Of a stretch of 64,000 nucleotides of DNA, positions 11,498 through 24,587 are shown piece after piece; the first letter of the stretch is position 1; each line of letters opens with the position of its first letter. The translations under genes and the position numbers were made by a program. Under the pieces are notes generated by a model that was not told the DNA's origin, did not search any database, and worked only from the letters and a program-made list of their open reading frames with translations. Source of the DNA: Mobula hypostoma (lineage: Eukaryota); contig NC_086097.1 of assembly GCF_963921235.1 (NCBI RefSeq), positions 39,806,001-39,870,000 on the forward strand, written 5' to 3'.

Positions 11498-13949
11498 GAT
11501 GTTTTCTTAGTCTGTTTCCGTGGATTGTGAGCAGCTGTGAACCTTAAACACAACTATTTTCATTTCCATTCCATGGTATAAACCCAGTCTCCCATCAGTC
11601 TGTCTGAATGAACGCAATCTCCCACATTCCCCCATTATTTTCAAATTAAATGATTGTGTTGTTATATTGAAGGCTCTTTATTCCCATATCCTTTTCTATT
11701 CCTCCTGCAAGCCAAAATATACCTGCCCGCCACAGCACCACATTCACCACAGGGACCCACATTCTCTGACTACCCTTGTGTATTCTTCACTATGGTCATG
11801 CCTTAGATGTCTGAGTGCTATAGTCTAATTTCCTTCCTTGCTGCTAAACAGCTCTATCTCCCTCTTTCCTTCTCGTACTAAGATACACCCATTTAAGCAG
11901 TATTTTACTTTTGCCTTTGTTTGCTTGGCAATGTTGTCTGATCACATCTCTATTAAGTGGCACAGAATGTCTTTGTATATTAAAAGGTCGTAAAACGCTT
12001 ACAGTTGTCATTGACATTTTAGTCAGTATAATGCAAAAAAATCTGCCCCTTCAGAAGATTTGAAGCTTCCAAAGCACTACATTCTCCTTTAAGGTTGTGC
12101 TATTACATCTGCATCTGCTAATTCAGCACTGTAAAGCTTGCTGCAGAAAAAAGATTCATCACAATGCACAATGGGTACTGTCTCCTGAATTTAAGTTTGT
12201 AGGATTACCAATAATTGCTGTCTCCTAACTGCCACTCTGATGGACTTTTCTTTGATCTATCAGCCGCCAGACCAGGCTAGGGGCAAGTAAGCATCTTACA
12301 CATGGCTTTAATGGTCGGCAAGGCTAATTGGCTTGCTTTAGGTTTACTATAGGAATTCGGTCATTACCTGCAAGTATTTGACTGATGAATCCTGTTTCCA
12401 CACCCCCACCCTACAAACTATGATCGATCACATTATTTATATTGCAGTGGTAAGGTTCTTATTTGTGGCAGTCACTTCATTCGCTGCCTGACATTCTGAA
12501 TGATTGCTGGAATGGAAGAGGAGCTCCTGTGAACTGAGTTCTTTCTTCATACCCAAGATGGCTGCAAAATACACTCATTTATTCTGTGCGGAACCTGGAT
12601 GGAATTAGATGTGGAGCAGATTTATGAGCAGATTAGTGCTTCTGAAAATCCCAATAGATGCTTAGATTCTGAATAAAAATTTTAATGTCTCGTAATTTGA
12701 ATGTGAGGATGTTATGTTTCATTTCTTTCTGTTCTCAGATTTTTTCTTTGGTGGCATATTTTGTGTGAGGTCTCTCCTGTGGAGCTCCTTGGGATATTTG
12801 GCTATGTTAAACAGGTGTAAGATGTTGTTAGTATTCATCCGTTATTTGGAGCTAGAATCTATTTCTCTTTTGAATTCCTTTATTACATTGTGACTCCACA
12901 AACAGTAGATATCGGAACAAAACTGATGCAAAATAAAAATGGGATTCTAAGTCATCTGTCCCTCTCCTGGCACAAACGTGAGCATGGTTCTCCCCAATAC
13001 AATCTGCTGGTTTCTGTTCCCTTACAACCTTATTTTTCTTTATAAATACCCTTCTTAATTTCTCTGTACAATTAATGTGGCCTTCAAGCCTGGCTGATTT
13101 GCATTCTTGATCAAAGGGAAATCCACTTGCAGCAGGAGTGCTGTGCCATTTATGACTTCTTCCCTACTGCGGCAATAGATGTCCCATTGCCCCAGGTTGA
13201 GAACATGTAGCCATTCATCATTTCATACTGGCTCTTGTTATGCAAATGAGGAGGAAAACAAATAGGAAAAGGTGTAAGATGTGTCTGTGTGGGATAGGTA
13301 CAGCTGAGCAGTTGAATTTATGAATGATGGCTGAATAATATTTGATTTTGAACTATAAAGAACAAATTAGAAGGAAAAGCCACATCAGAACAAAAGGTTC
13401 AAAATAGAAAAGAAAAGAAATAACAAAAGAAGTGCAGTTTGAGACTACATATTAAGGAGAGAGCAGGTTGCGTTAATGGAAGGCAAGTGGAAGGTTGCCT
13501 TTCACCTCAATGGAATAGCAAAAGTATTAGCAGCTATTGAAGTACCTTTAGACACAGTGTAGAAACTATGGCTGCAAAGATTAACTTCCATAACTATTGT
13601 TCACCCAACCAAGATCGTCTTTGATAGTCAAAAGCAATTTAATTAATTTGCTTTACAGCTGATTTCATGAAGTGCAAAAAAAAATTTGCATTCTCTTTTC
13701 AACAATCACTCTGATACTCGTTATAATTTTTTTTCAAGATATGTTTTATTGGGTATCACATTGGTATGACTCAACATTTATTGCCTGGTGCTTACAGGGA
13801 CATTTTGAAAGGGATAGGAAAGTACTACAGATTGCATTTTCTTCTCTTTCCACTGCTTGTTGTATTGGTGTTTGCTAAAGGTGCAATAATGGCAGGTTAT
13901 ATTAAAATAAGACTGAATACTTTGCATTCTGACATGTCTGAGCTGTTCC

Positions 13950-14480
13950 TAGCCAAAATTAGATGTCAGTTTGGCTTTGTGCATGAAATGCCTAGCTTGA
14001 TGAACCATTGAGAGATTTTGAAGAGGTAACGAAAAAGGTAGATAAGAATAGGGTAGTGGATGTTATCTATTTGGATTTTAGCAAGGCCTTTGACAAGGTC
14101 CTGCATGGTAGGCTGGATTGGAATGTTTGGTCCTGTGGAATCCAGGGAGACATAGTTAACTGGATTCAAAATTAGCTTGGAGGCATGAAGCAGAGGATGG
14201 TTGAAAGCTACATTGCAGAACGGAAGCTGGTGACAAGTGGCATGCTGCAGGTGTTCATGTTGGGCAATTTTTCTACACACAGAGTGGTGTGTATATGGAA
14301 TAAGTTGCCACAGGAAGTGGTTGAGGCAGGTACAACAGTATCATTTAAGACACATTTTGTAAGGTATGTGGTGGGCATAGGCTTAGAGGCTTATGGACCT
14401 AGCCTAGGAAATTGGGACCAGATGGGCAGTCACTGTGGGTGGCATGGAATCACTGCTGTATTGCTCTAAAATTCTATGTC
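13950..14480 (+). mobile_element. Decayed CR1 fragment with internal deletion
   Basis: VDVIYLDFSKAFDKV-like segment joined to NFSTHRVVCIWNKLP C-terminus. Confidence 0.75.
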
Positions 14481-15780
14481 TCTTGAATGTTTGATGGATC
14501 CATTGAGAATTCAGAATCAAGGCAACCTTGCCCCAATTGTAAAAAGCATTGTGTGGGTTCAATGAACAACATGAGTACCTTTAACCCTGGTGTGGATATC
14601 AGGATAAGATTGCACTCGGTACAATGTTCAGCCCAAATCATGCATCACAGCTTCTCTGAGGGAGTCAGTGGGATTACATTTTAGAGTCAGTTGGACTTGA
14701 TCTGAAATTTACATAGTGTGATTGATGCATGTAGTCAAAGAGAGTGGAATAAACAAGATAACACATCTTTCAACAGCTTTTCACTCTTGGTGATTTGTTA
14801 CATGTTTTTCACTTCAAATTAAAAGAGTTTTGGTGAGATTACCTCTAGTGTACTCTGTATAGTTTTGCTCTTCTTACTAAAGAAAAGATTTGCTTGTTGT
14901 AGGGTTACGGCAAGAGAATTTCGCCAAGTTGAATGAATCCTGGGATGATGAATATGTGGAGGAAAAATTCGATTGTTTAGGTCTGTATTTACTATTTTTT
15001 TTTAGGGTAAGAGGTGATCTTTTTGAAACGTACAAAATAAAAGAAAGGCTTGATAAGCTGGATGCAAGGAGGATGTTGCCCTGGCTGTGTGGACCGGAAG
15101 CAGAGGTCAGAGTCTCAGGATACTGGGTAAGAGATTTAAAACAGAGAAAAAGAGACATTTCTTTGGGCAGAGTGGAATTTTCTACCACAGTGGGTTGTAG
15201 ATGTCAATTCACAAAATCTAGATGCAGGAGCTTGAGAGCATGGTTTTCACACTGAGAATATTCTGAGTGAGGTTCAGATTACAGCAATGGCAATAGCTAA
15301 GATAAAAATATATATATCATACTCAAGAAGATATATTTAAAAAAATCTTGAAACGACTAACAGGATAAGGCAAATGTCCAGATGAAAAAATGTGTCTGCA
15401 CTATACTCAAAATTCTACATCGTTAACAGGACTAGGTTATAGTAAGTGGAAACACAGATGTCACACGGAATGTGTGGAGAAGACAGAGTCAGAAAGACTT
15501 AAAACAAAATTCTCTAGTATCATAAACATGAAGACAACTTTGAGAAATTTTGCTTATTGATCGTGAGGAGCTAACAGACAGATACGCTATCTAATAGCAT
15601 TGTCGATCCTAATCAGCATAGACACTTTTACAGAGTTGGATCATCTTTCCCAAATAGTACACGTTGTTTATTTTAAGATCAAAACAGAACTAACTTTTAG
15701 TCACTTGGAATGCATGAAAATGAAACACGTTCGATCCACTTCTGCAACAGGACAGTGAAGAACTGAGATCCATTTTCTCA

Positions 15781-15973
15781 CACAGAACACAAAATACTGA
15801 AGGAATACTAAAGAAACAGCATTAGTAGAGGGAAATGGACGGTCGACGTTTCAGGTCGAGACTCTTCATCAGTACTGTCCATTTTCCTTTAGAGATGCCA
15901 CCTGACCCACTGAGTTCCTCCACTATTTTGTGTGCTGCTCCAGATTTCAAGCATTTGCAGCCTCTCTTGTGTC
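15781..15973. mobile_element. 193-bp fold-back PLE-derived mini-element containing a hammerhead core
   Basis: Flanked by direct repeat TCCATTTTCTCA (15769-15780, 15974-15985); arms 15787-15844 and 15873-15933 are imperfect inverted repeats of pLTR sequence. Confidence 0.85.
15837..15880 (-). ncRNA. Minimal type-I hammerhead ribozyme, intact catalytic core
   Basis: Minus strand GGACAGTA-CTGATGA-AGAGTCTCGACCT-GAAA-CGTC-GACCGTCC; predicted cleavage between 15845 and 15844. Confidence 0.75.
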
Positions 15974-17948
15974 TCCATTTTCTCATGTCAAGGCTTACCA
16001 GAAGAATCATTCATGGGTAATAGTTCACAACTACATTAATTTCTACCAGAGCATCTAGGTAATGTGGTAGTAATGATATGTCAATTTTATCATATTATCC
16101 AGTATGAAAAGGTCTTGCAGAGTGATCAGTGAGCATTGTTGAAGAAGCATGAAGGAGCATAATGCGGGTCATCGTGGAAGAATGGTCAGCAAAAGCATTA
16201 ATGAAGTAAGTAGCAAACTTGCATTTTTCTATTTGAGCTTTGTAACCTAATAAACTTTTGTAACCCAATGTCCTAAGCTTAGACTTATTGCAGAGAGCCT
16301 TTCATAATCAGGATACAGCACTGATTGCAGAAAAGAGCAACATACATTCATAGGACATTGTTACTGTCTGTTTTATGATTAAAAATACATTGTGCTACGG
16401 ATGTTCCTATTTACTTCTGGTTATGTATATCTTCATGTGTAACAGAATAGCTTGCATGCCAGTAATCAGGCATATTTGCCTGTTTAGCAGTATAAATACA
16501 TGTTGAAATCGGTCTCCAACCTAGAGCTTTTCATGTTTCTGGCTGCAAGCTATCCATGATATCCTGGTGAATAAAGGTATTGCCACTTGAAGTCTTGTCT
16601 CTAAAGTTATTTTTCTTCCACAGTCATATAATAAGACATTGATTAAACACAAAAACATCAGCTGTTTATTTCCCTCCAAAAATGCTGAGGTTCTGCTTCA
16701 TTTTGTGTTTGTTGCTCAAGACATTGATCAGCTAGCTTTTTTGATAAGCAATAAACAACACCAAATTCCACAACAGCTTATGGCTTTGCTAAGATACTGA
16801 AGTGTGGAATATTCAAAATTCATTTGCTATTAGTTTGGTCAAATCTTGCGGGGTGAGCAGAAGATAAGAGACAGAAACAAAATTATGATATGCCAATAAG
16901 AGAAACAGTTCAAACAACGCAAAGAGTTGTGTATTACCTCAGCTTAGTAAATTTAACACTAGGAAATGGAATCTTAGAATGATAGCTGAATAATGTGATA
17001 GATAGAGCTTATGAAAATATCTGATTGAATTAAAATTACATAGCTTAGCTCCTGCACAAAGTATACAGTGGAATAGCAAAGAATCTTGTGATTTTGCTTG
17101 CATTTCTGAAAGTAATTCAGTGGAAGAATCAATGCAAGATTTTGCTGAAATTGAATCAAGACACATAACTCAAATCAAAAAATGAGCATACAGGCATATC
17201 ACCAGAGACTCACACACCTGCAGAAAGATATCATTGGCAATTAATGTTAATGTATAAATCCTTCTTTCATTTTAAAATTGGTAAAACAGCGCAGTGTGTA
17301 GAAGCATACAACAGTCATTTAAGACATAAGCACATATGCACAATGTATCTGGAAAACTTTGAATAAACCAGATGCAGGTGCTTTAACAATCCTTTATGCA
17401 TCTTAGTGAGTCTTTACATTCTTGGCATTACAGCCAGTTAGAACAACAGTCTCAGACAGTGTATAGAGAATTTACGGTGAAACAAGGACAAATGCTGAAT
17501 ATACCTTTGCGGAATAAGTGCAAGTTACCTGTTGTTAACTGAAATATACAATGAAAAGATTATATTGAGACTGCTCCCGCATATTAAAAGAGTGACTTCT
17601 GGGTTACTATTTTAATACACAAACAGTTATTTTTAATGTTGAATGTCATCAAGTTTCTGTAGATCTATTCTGTTCCTCTTTCCATTACCAACTTCGCAAT
17701 CAAAAACTCTTTCCTTCATTTAGAAAAGGCAACAGTTTTTTTAAAGTTTGCATATTTAAATCGATTATGCCAGGCCCTTTTCCATATTTCATGCTTTTCC
17801 AGTCCTAATCCAGAAAAGGACTAGTTTACAGTGGTAAATCAGTAAAGGAGTATTGGTATTGATACAGGTTTATTATGGTCATATATACTGTGAAAACTTG
17901 TCTTGCTTACTGTTCATACAGATCAAATCATTATACAGTGCATTGAGC

Positions 17949-18248
17949 AGTCAGGAAATGTAGATGAGGTTTGACCCAAATGCAGAGCAACAGAGAAGAT
18001 TTAACGGTGAATGATAACTTTAATAATAAACTACAAAATTGCAAGCCACGAAGGGCCACAAGACAAGAGACAACAGATGCTTAACACAACAAGGCACCGA
18101 GGTAACTGAAGGACTGGAGCAACTAGTTGGGGCTGGCTGGTTCAATGGGTGAACAAGGACTGTGGATGAGACCTGGTTTCAGTAGGCTGCAGGTGACACC
18201 TGTTAGCAGGTTGATGACTGGGAGGTGCTTGCCTGTGCAGGCCTGACA
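17949..18248 (-). repeat. 3' LTR of Gypsy element
   Basis: Direct repeat of 20943-21296; adjacent to polypurine tract. Confidence 0.88.
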
Positions 18249-20942
18249 GAACCCCACCCCCCCATGGCTGGCACCCAATGGCCCACGATGAACTGGATAG
18301 ATCTGGAGGAACTCCTCTGAGCAAAGGATCCAAGATGAAATTGTACAACACACAAGACCTCTCCTGTGTGCTGTACCTTTCCCAGTCAATCAGTCCCTGC
18401 ACACTCCATCCGTGATGCCGTGAACCAATCAACTGGCAAGCTGTATACACTGGGCCGCCTTCCACCATCCTTGGTTCTGGAGGTGCAGGCTCAGGTGGGT
18501 AAAGTGATTCATGTACGACGGGCTTGAGGAAGTTAAGTGTGATCCTGAGGGAAGGTGGCAGCTGGAGACAGTAAGTGATTGGAATGATGCGATGGGTAAT
18601 CTTGAAGGGATCAAAGGACTGGGGTGAGAACTTGCGGGTGTTGATGTGCTGGGGCAGATCTGGCTGGAGTAGTCCAGATATGCAGTGCTGGTGGTTGGCC
18701 AGGCAGCACCAGAACTGGAGTGGGAAAAAATCCAGAGCCTGTCACAGCCTGGATGGTCGGAGAGGGACGAGGAGTAGGCCCACTGGAGTGCCTCAGGATG
18801 CATAGCAGCCAGCATGCACAGTGGATTATCAGGTGTGTCGGTTGGAGCAGGCTCATGATGTAAGGGCCTGGCTAATCTGGTTCTCATTGTCTCAGAGATC
18901 CGGGTGAGGATCTGAGCAGATGAGCTGATGGGCTGAGGGACAACCTCCGTTTCCACTGGTTCAAACCGTCATGACAGTCTGTCTGCCTTGATGTTCTTGG
19001 AGCTGGGTTGGTAGGAAATGGAGAAAGCAAATTGCTTGAAGAAGAAGGCCCAGCGAGCCTGACGTGGGTTGAGTTGGTGGGTCTGTTGTACAGATGTGAA
19101 GATCTGGTGGTCAGTCCAGATCTGGGAAAACTGTTTATTTCCCATCAGTCAATGTCTCCGTTCCTCCAAGGCCCATTTAATGGTGAGTAGCTCCCTGTCT
19201 CCTATTCCATATCTGGCACTGTGCAGAGAAGAAGGCAGGAGGGTGTGTCTTCCTGTCCAGTGTTTGCTAGGAGAGAATGGCCCTGGGTCATCCACAAAGG
19301 GGCTTGGATGGTGGTGAATAGAAGCAGTGGTGAAGTGTCTCATGAGCTCCTTGAAACTGTGGTCCAAGGCAACAGACCAGGTTGTCCATGAGATAGGAGA
19401 CTTGGTGAGGGAGGTGAGAGGAATGGCCATTTGTCTGTGGTATTTGGAGAAGCCCAAGAAGCACTGTAGCTGTTTGAGGGAGCATGGATGGGCCATATTA
19501 TGGTGTGCACTTTCTCTGGGTCTGTGGTTATGCCTCGGGGTGAAAGGTTGTTACCCAGGAAGGAAATCATGGGGGTGTGGAACTGGCATAGAGCTGGTTT
19601 GAGATGACATGTAGGACTGATCGGACATGACAAGTGTCTGAGGGGTCCTTGGAGAAGAAGGGATAAACTGATCTGCGTAGCATGTCTCCGAGGACTTCAT
19701 TAATGAAGGTTTGGTAAATAGTTGGATAGTTGGAAAGTCTGAAGGACGTTACCAAGTATTTGTATGGCCAGGGATGCTAATGAAATTGTCTTCCACTCAT
19801 TTGCTGGTGGATGCAGAGCAAGATGAATACATTCCATTGATCCAGTTTGTTGAAGATCAGGGCCCTGTGGAGTGCTCTGAATGCGCTATCCATCAAAGGG
19901 AGAGGGTAGTGTTCTTAATGGCGATTTTGATGAGTCCATAGTAGTCAATGCTATGACGAAGACCTCCATTTTTGTTTTTGATAAAGAAGAATCCTTCTCT
20001 AGCTAGGGACTGGAAGAGATGAATGAGCCATGTTTTAGTGTGTTTCGGCAATGTAGTCATTCATGGGTTTCAGGAGGGGAGAGGGAAACAGGTCACCTCA
20101 AGGAGGGTGGTGCCTAGGAAGAGGTTGATTGCACAGTTGTGCGTTCTGTAAGGTGGCAGGGTGCCAGCTTCCCTTTTACTGAAAGCGATGGCTAAGTTAT
20201 TGTCCTGCAAAGGGAGTTTGCTGAGGAAGAAGGTTTCCTCCATCTCTATAGACTTACAGGGAGAAGTCAACTAAAGTTGCAGGCAGGTGGTCTGGTACAT
20301 GTAATCCAGCAGTGAACTGAATGACCAGGTAAAGTGAGGATTGTGAGTGGAGAGTCGGGGTAATGCAAGATGAGAGGAGTGCTAGGTGAGTCGATCAGGA
20401 GGAAGTCAATGGACTCACAGTTCTCCCCGATGCTCATGTGTACGGCGAGGATCCTGAATTCCAGGGCGCAATCCGGCACTGAACGTGAGACCAGTTGCAG
20501 GTGAAGTATCTGCTCCACTTCCTGGATGGTTGAAAACCTGGCACTTCTCAGTGGTGAATTCCTGGTATTTATTGCAAATGGTGGTTTTATTGTCTCCATT
20601 GGTGGTGGCCCAGGCCAGAGATCATGAGTCAAGAGAGGCATGATGAAGGCAATCTTGGCTCGCCCCATAGAATATAAGATTGCTGGAGCTTGAAGTGTAA
20701 GATACACTGGGACAGGAAATTGCAGCATTGGGCATCCATCGAAGCTTCCAGGCACTGTATCCGGGGATCTGAGGGAGGAGGTTGACTGGCCTAGAGGTGC
20801 TGTGGTGAGACAGAGAGTTGGTTGACAGTGGTAAGCAGATGGTCTATGGCTTCCCGCTGCTTCTGGATCGTGTCCTCATGTTGCTGGATGACTTCCTTTA
20901 GACAAGCAATCTCTGCAGCGACAGTCGCAGTTTCACCCATCC

Positions 20943-21296
20943 TATCAGGAAATGTAATGGAGGCTTGACCCTAACACAGAGCAGCGGAGATGATTTAGCA
21001 GTGAGCGGTAACTATAATAATAAACTGCAAAATAATAAGACATGAGGGGCCATCAAACAAGAGAGAACTTAATATGACAAGAGGAAATATGATATGGGGT
21101 GCTTAACATGACAAGGCAACAAGGTAACTGAAGACTAGGAGCAACTGGATGAGGCTGGCCGGTTTATTGGGTGATCAAGGACTGTGGTTGAGAGCTGGGT
21201 TTAAATAGGCTGCAGGTGATATGTTGGAAATGAATGGCAGGTGACTCCTGTTAGCTGAGTGGAGACTGAGAGGTGCCCTCCTGTGCAGGCCTGACA
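20943..21296 (-). repeat. 5' LTR of Gypsy element
   Basis: Direct repeat of 17949-18248 with two extra internal segments. Confidence 0.88.
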
Positions 21297-22209
21297 TCGA
21301 TCCAGAATAAGGAAAAACAATAACAATGCAGTATAAAGTGTAAGGTTACTCATCAATGTGATCTCCTCAACAGCTTCAATGAATTCCAGTCTTTGCTTCA
21401 GAGCTGGATCATTATAGAATAGAACAAGAAAGGATACAAGCACTATAGGGACTACAAGAATAATGACAATAGTCTCTGCAATAGGAGTTCCACATGCAGA
21501 CAGAATAGAGTAACAATGTGAATTCTAGCACTGGTGTTGGCTGCATTAGGCCAGGCGTGAATTTGCATGGATGTCTGGCTTACTACAGTGTTCCCATTCT
21601 ATAGGAGTGTAAGTCCCACTGATATTGAAACATGAATGCCATAAAAAGGCAATATTGTGCCTATCACAGACAAGAGGTAATTGAAACACAGATTGAATTC
21701 AAGTGGGACCACAACAGAGTAAGTGGCTCTGACAAGTGAACAAGATGAAATGAAATTATGACGTGACTTGAAATTTGTTGTTCTGTGTCAGCAGTACAGT
21801 GCAAAGACACAGAATCACCATGAAATATAAAAATAAATAAATGGTGCAAAGAAAGGAAGAATGAGGAAGCGTTCACTAACCATTCAGCAATCGGGGATGT
21901 AGGAGGGGAGGTAACTGTTCCTGAGCCACTGAGTGTGTGTCTTTCAATGAGCAATTGCAGGCTCATGTTTTGAAATTCATTGATTAAAACTGAGGATATG
22001 ATCGTATTAAACACGGAACTGTAACCATGAAGTAAGTTGTGGATTAAATTTAGTGAAATAAGCTGGAGATCCAGTTTTGTTAGTTTCTTCCCTTGGTGAG
22101 ATAGGTTAAAATTATTCCCTGCCTATTAACTTCCAGCCCAGTTTTAATTCCTTTGATACAAATCTTTCCAGTGGTGATGTGAGGAGGTCCTTTTAGAAAG
22201 AAGATGAGG

Positions 22210-22385
22210 AAGTATATTTAAGGCAGAGGTTGATAGATTCTTGATTGGTCAGGGCATGAAGGGATATGAGGGGGAAGGCATGAGATTGGGGCTGAGGGGA
22301 AAAATAGATGAGTCATGATGAAATGGCCGAGCAGACTGGGTGGGCCAAATGGCTTAATGCTGCTCCTATGTTTTAATGGTTTTAG
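22210..22385 (+). mobile_element. CR1 3' end
   Basis: IFKAEVDRFLI..GYEG segment and CR1 3'UTR. Confidence 0.8.
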
Positions 22386-23010
22386 ACCACAAGATCATAG
22401 ATATAGGAGCAGAATTAGGCCATTTGGCCCGTCAGGTCTGCTCCACTGTTTTATCATGACTCATCCATTTTTCCTCTCAGCTTCAGCCTTAAACATACAT
22501 AAAGACTTAGCTTCCACAGCTGCCCATGGCAACAAACTGCACAGATTCACCACTCGCCTTATCCCTGTCCTAGAAGGACGCCCCTCTATTCTGAGTCTGT
22601 GTCCACTGGTCTTAGACTCTCCCACCATAGGAAACATCCTCTCCACATCCACTCTATCAAGGCCTTTCAACATTCGATAGGTTTCAATGAGGTCACCGCT
22701 CATTCTTCTGAACTCCAGTGAATACAGGTCCAGAGCCATCAAATGTTCTTCATATGACAAGCTGTTCAATCCTGGAATCATTTTCCTGAACCTCATTTGA
22801 ACCCTCTCCATTTTCAGCACATCCTCTCTAAGATAAGGGGCCCAAACCGGCTCACAATACTCCAAGTACCACCAGCGCTTTATAAAATCTTGACATTACA
22901 TCCTTACTTTTATATTCTAGTCCTCTTGAAGTGAATGCTAACATCACATTTACCTTTCTCACCACAGACTCAACCTACAAATTAACCTTCTGGGAATCCT
23001 GCACAAGGAT
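22386..23010 (-). mobile_element. CR1 3' fragment, tail-to-tail with the previous copy
   Basis: ORF 22461..22865 (EYCEPVWAPYLRED..LEFRRMSGDLIETY). Confidence 0.88.
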
Positions 23011-23389
23011 TATGGTCTATGTGTGAAAATAGCAGTATCAATTCAAATAGCACAACTTGCTTTCTCAAATAATGAAATAGTCATAAAAGGAAAATTAAAA
23101 AAAACCTGCTGTTATAGACTGAATATGTTTCAGAATATACCTGAGATTATTGACAACAAGAGCAGGAGTAGGTTACTTGGCCCCCCCCTCCCTCCAGTCT
23201 CTTCCAACCATTCAATATGATATCTGTCCTGGCCTGTAACTGCTTATCAAATTTATTAAAGCTGACTTATATTGTAATTTCTATTTTTGAGGCAGCAGGT
23301 GTGTCAGTTCCTCAGTTATCTACCTTTGGTGATGTACCTGGCTGGGCACTGAAAACCTGTGCCGGTTATTCGGAGTGCTCAAGGACATA

Positions 23390-24587
23390 CTCATTCTCTC
23401 ACTGCTCCAGTCAAAGGTTCCCACCTGCTTCAAAAAGATGCAATCCCACTGTCTCTCCAGCAATACTAACATAAGGCTGCTGTTTACTGATTAAAGTTCA
23501 GCATTCAAAACCATCATCACATCAGTACCAATCAACAAGCTTCTAAACTGGGCCTCTGTACCTCCCTCTGCAAATGGATTCTTATCTTCCTCATTGGGAG
23601 ACTACGTTCAGTGTGGATCTGAAATAATATCTCCTCCTCACCGACAATCAATGCAGGTGTACCTTAAGGAATGTTCTGCTCTCTCTCTATACTCATGACT
23701 ATGTAGCTAGAGACAGCACGAGTGCCACCTATAAAATCACGGACGACATAGCTACTGTTGGCAAAAATTCATTTGGTGTCGAGGAGGGATATAGGAGTGA
23801 GCAGATTGACTGGTTGAGTGGTGTCACAGCAGCAACCTTGCACTCAATGACAGTAAGACCAAAGAATTGACTGGGGACTCAGGAAGGGGAAGTTGGGACA
23901 ACACACACCAGTACTTATGGAGAAGTCAGCAGTGGATAGGATGAGAAGTTTCAAGCTCCTGGGCATCAACATCTCAGAGGGTCTATCCAGGGCCTGGCAT
24001 ATTGATGCAATCACAAAGAAGGCACACCAGCAACCATACCTCATTAGGAGTTTGACGAGGTTTGGCATGTCACCAACAATTCTTGAAGATTTCTCCAGCT
24101 GTATGGGGGAGAACAATCTGACTGGTTGCATCAACTGGCTGATATTGAGGCTCCAATGCACAGGATCAAGAGAAGCTGCTGGGGTTAAAGGCTCAGCCAC
24201 TTCCATCACAGGCACTGGACTCGTCGCTATCAATGACGTCTTTAAAAGGCAATGCCACTAGAAGGTGGCATCCATCATTAAGGACCCTGACCATCGATGA
24301 CATGCCCTTTGATAATTACTACTATCAGGAAGGGAGTACAGGAGCCTGAAAATGCACTCTGAACATTTTAGGAATAGCTTCTTCCCCTTCACCATCAGAT
24401 TTCCGAACAGTCCATAAACTCATGAACACGACCTCACTAATTTGCACTCTCTTTGCACTATTTATTTATCTTTATAGTTCTTATTGTAATTTATAATAAT
24501 TTTCATGTATTGCACTGTACAGTTGCCGCAAAACAACACATTTCGCGACATATGTCAGTGATAAAAAGCGTAATTCTGTTATTCTGA
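23390..24587 (+). mobile_element. Decayed Rex1/Babar LINE fragment
   Basis: ORF 23893..24261 (SFKLLGINISE..KKAHQQPYLIRSL); ATTCTG tail. Confidence 0.82.

Larger units (their letters stand above)
17949..21296 (-). mobile_element. Decayed Gypsy chromovirus (Sushi-like) LTR retrotransposon
   Basis: LTRs 17949-18248 and 20943-21296 (TGTCAGG..CCTGACA termini); PPT GGGGGGTGGGGTTC; gag (PGSFDG..ALEFRILA), LPPYRTHNCAINL, RT, RNase H (YGIGDRELLTIKWALEE) and chromodomain (LIDWERY..ERS..ILDP) remnants. Confidence 0.9.

Noticed and set aside
20070..20755. PEG10/RTL1-like host gene
   Set aside because: Multiple frameshifts and flanked by LTRs
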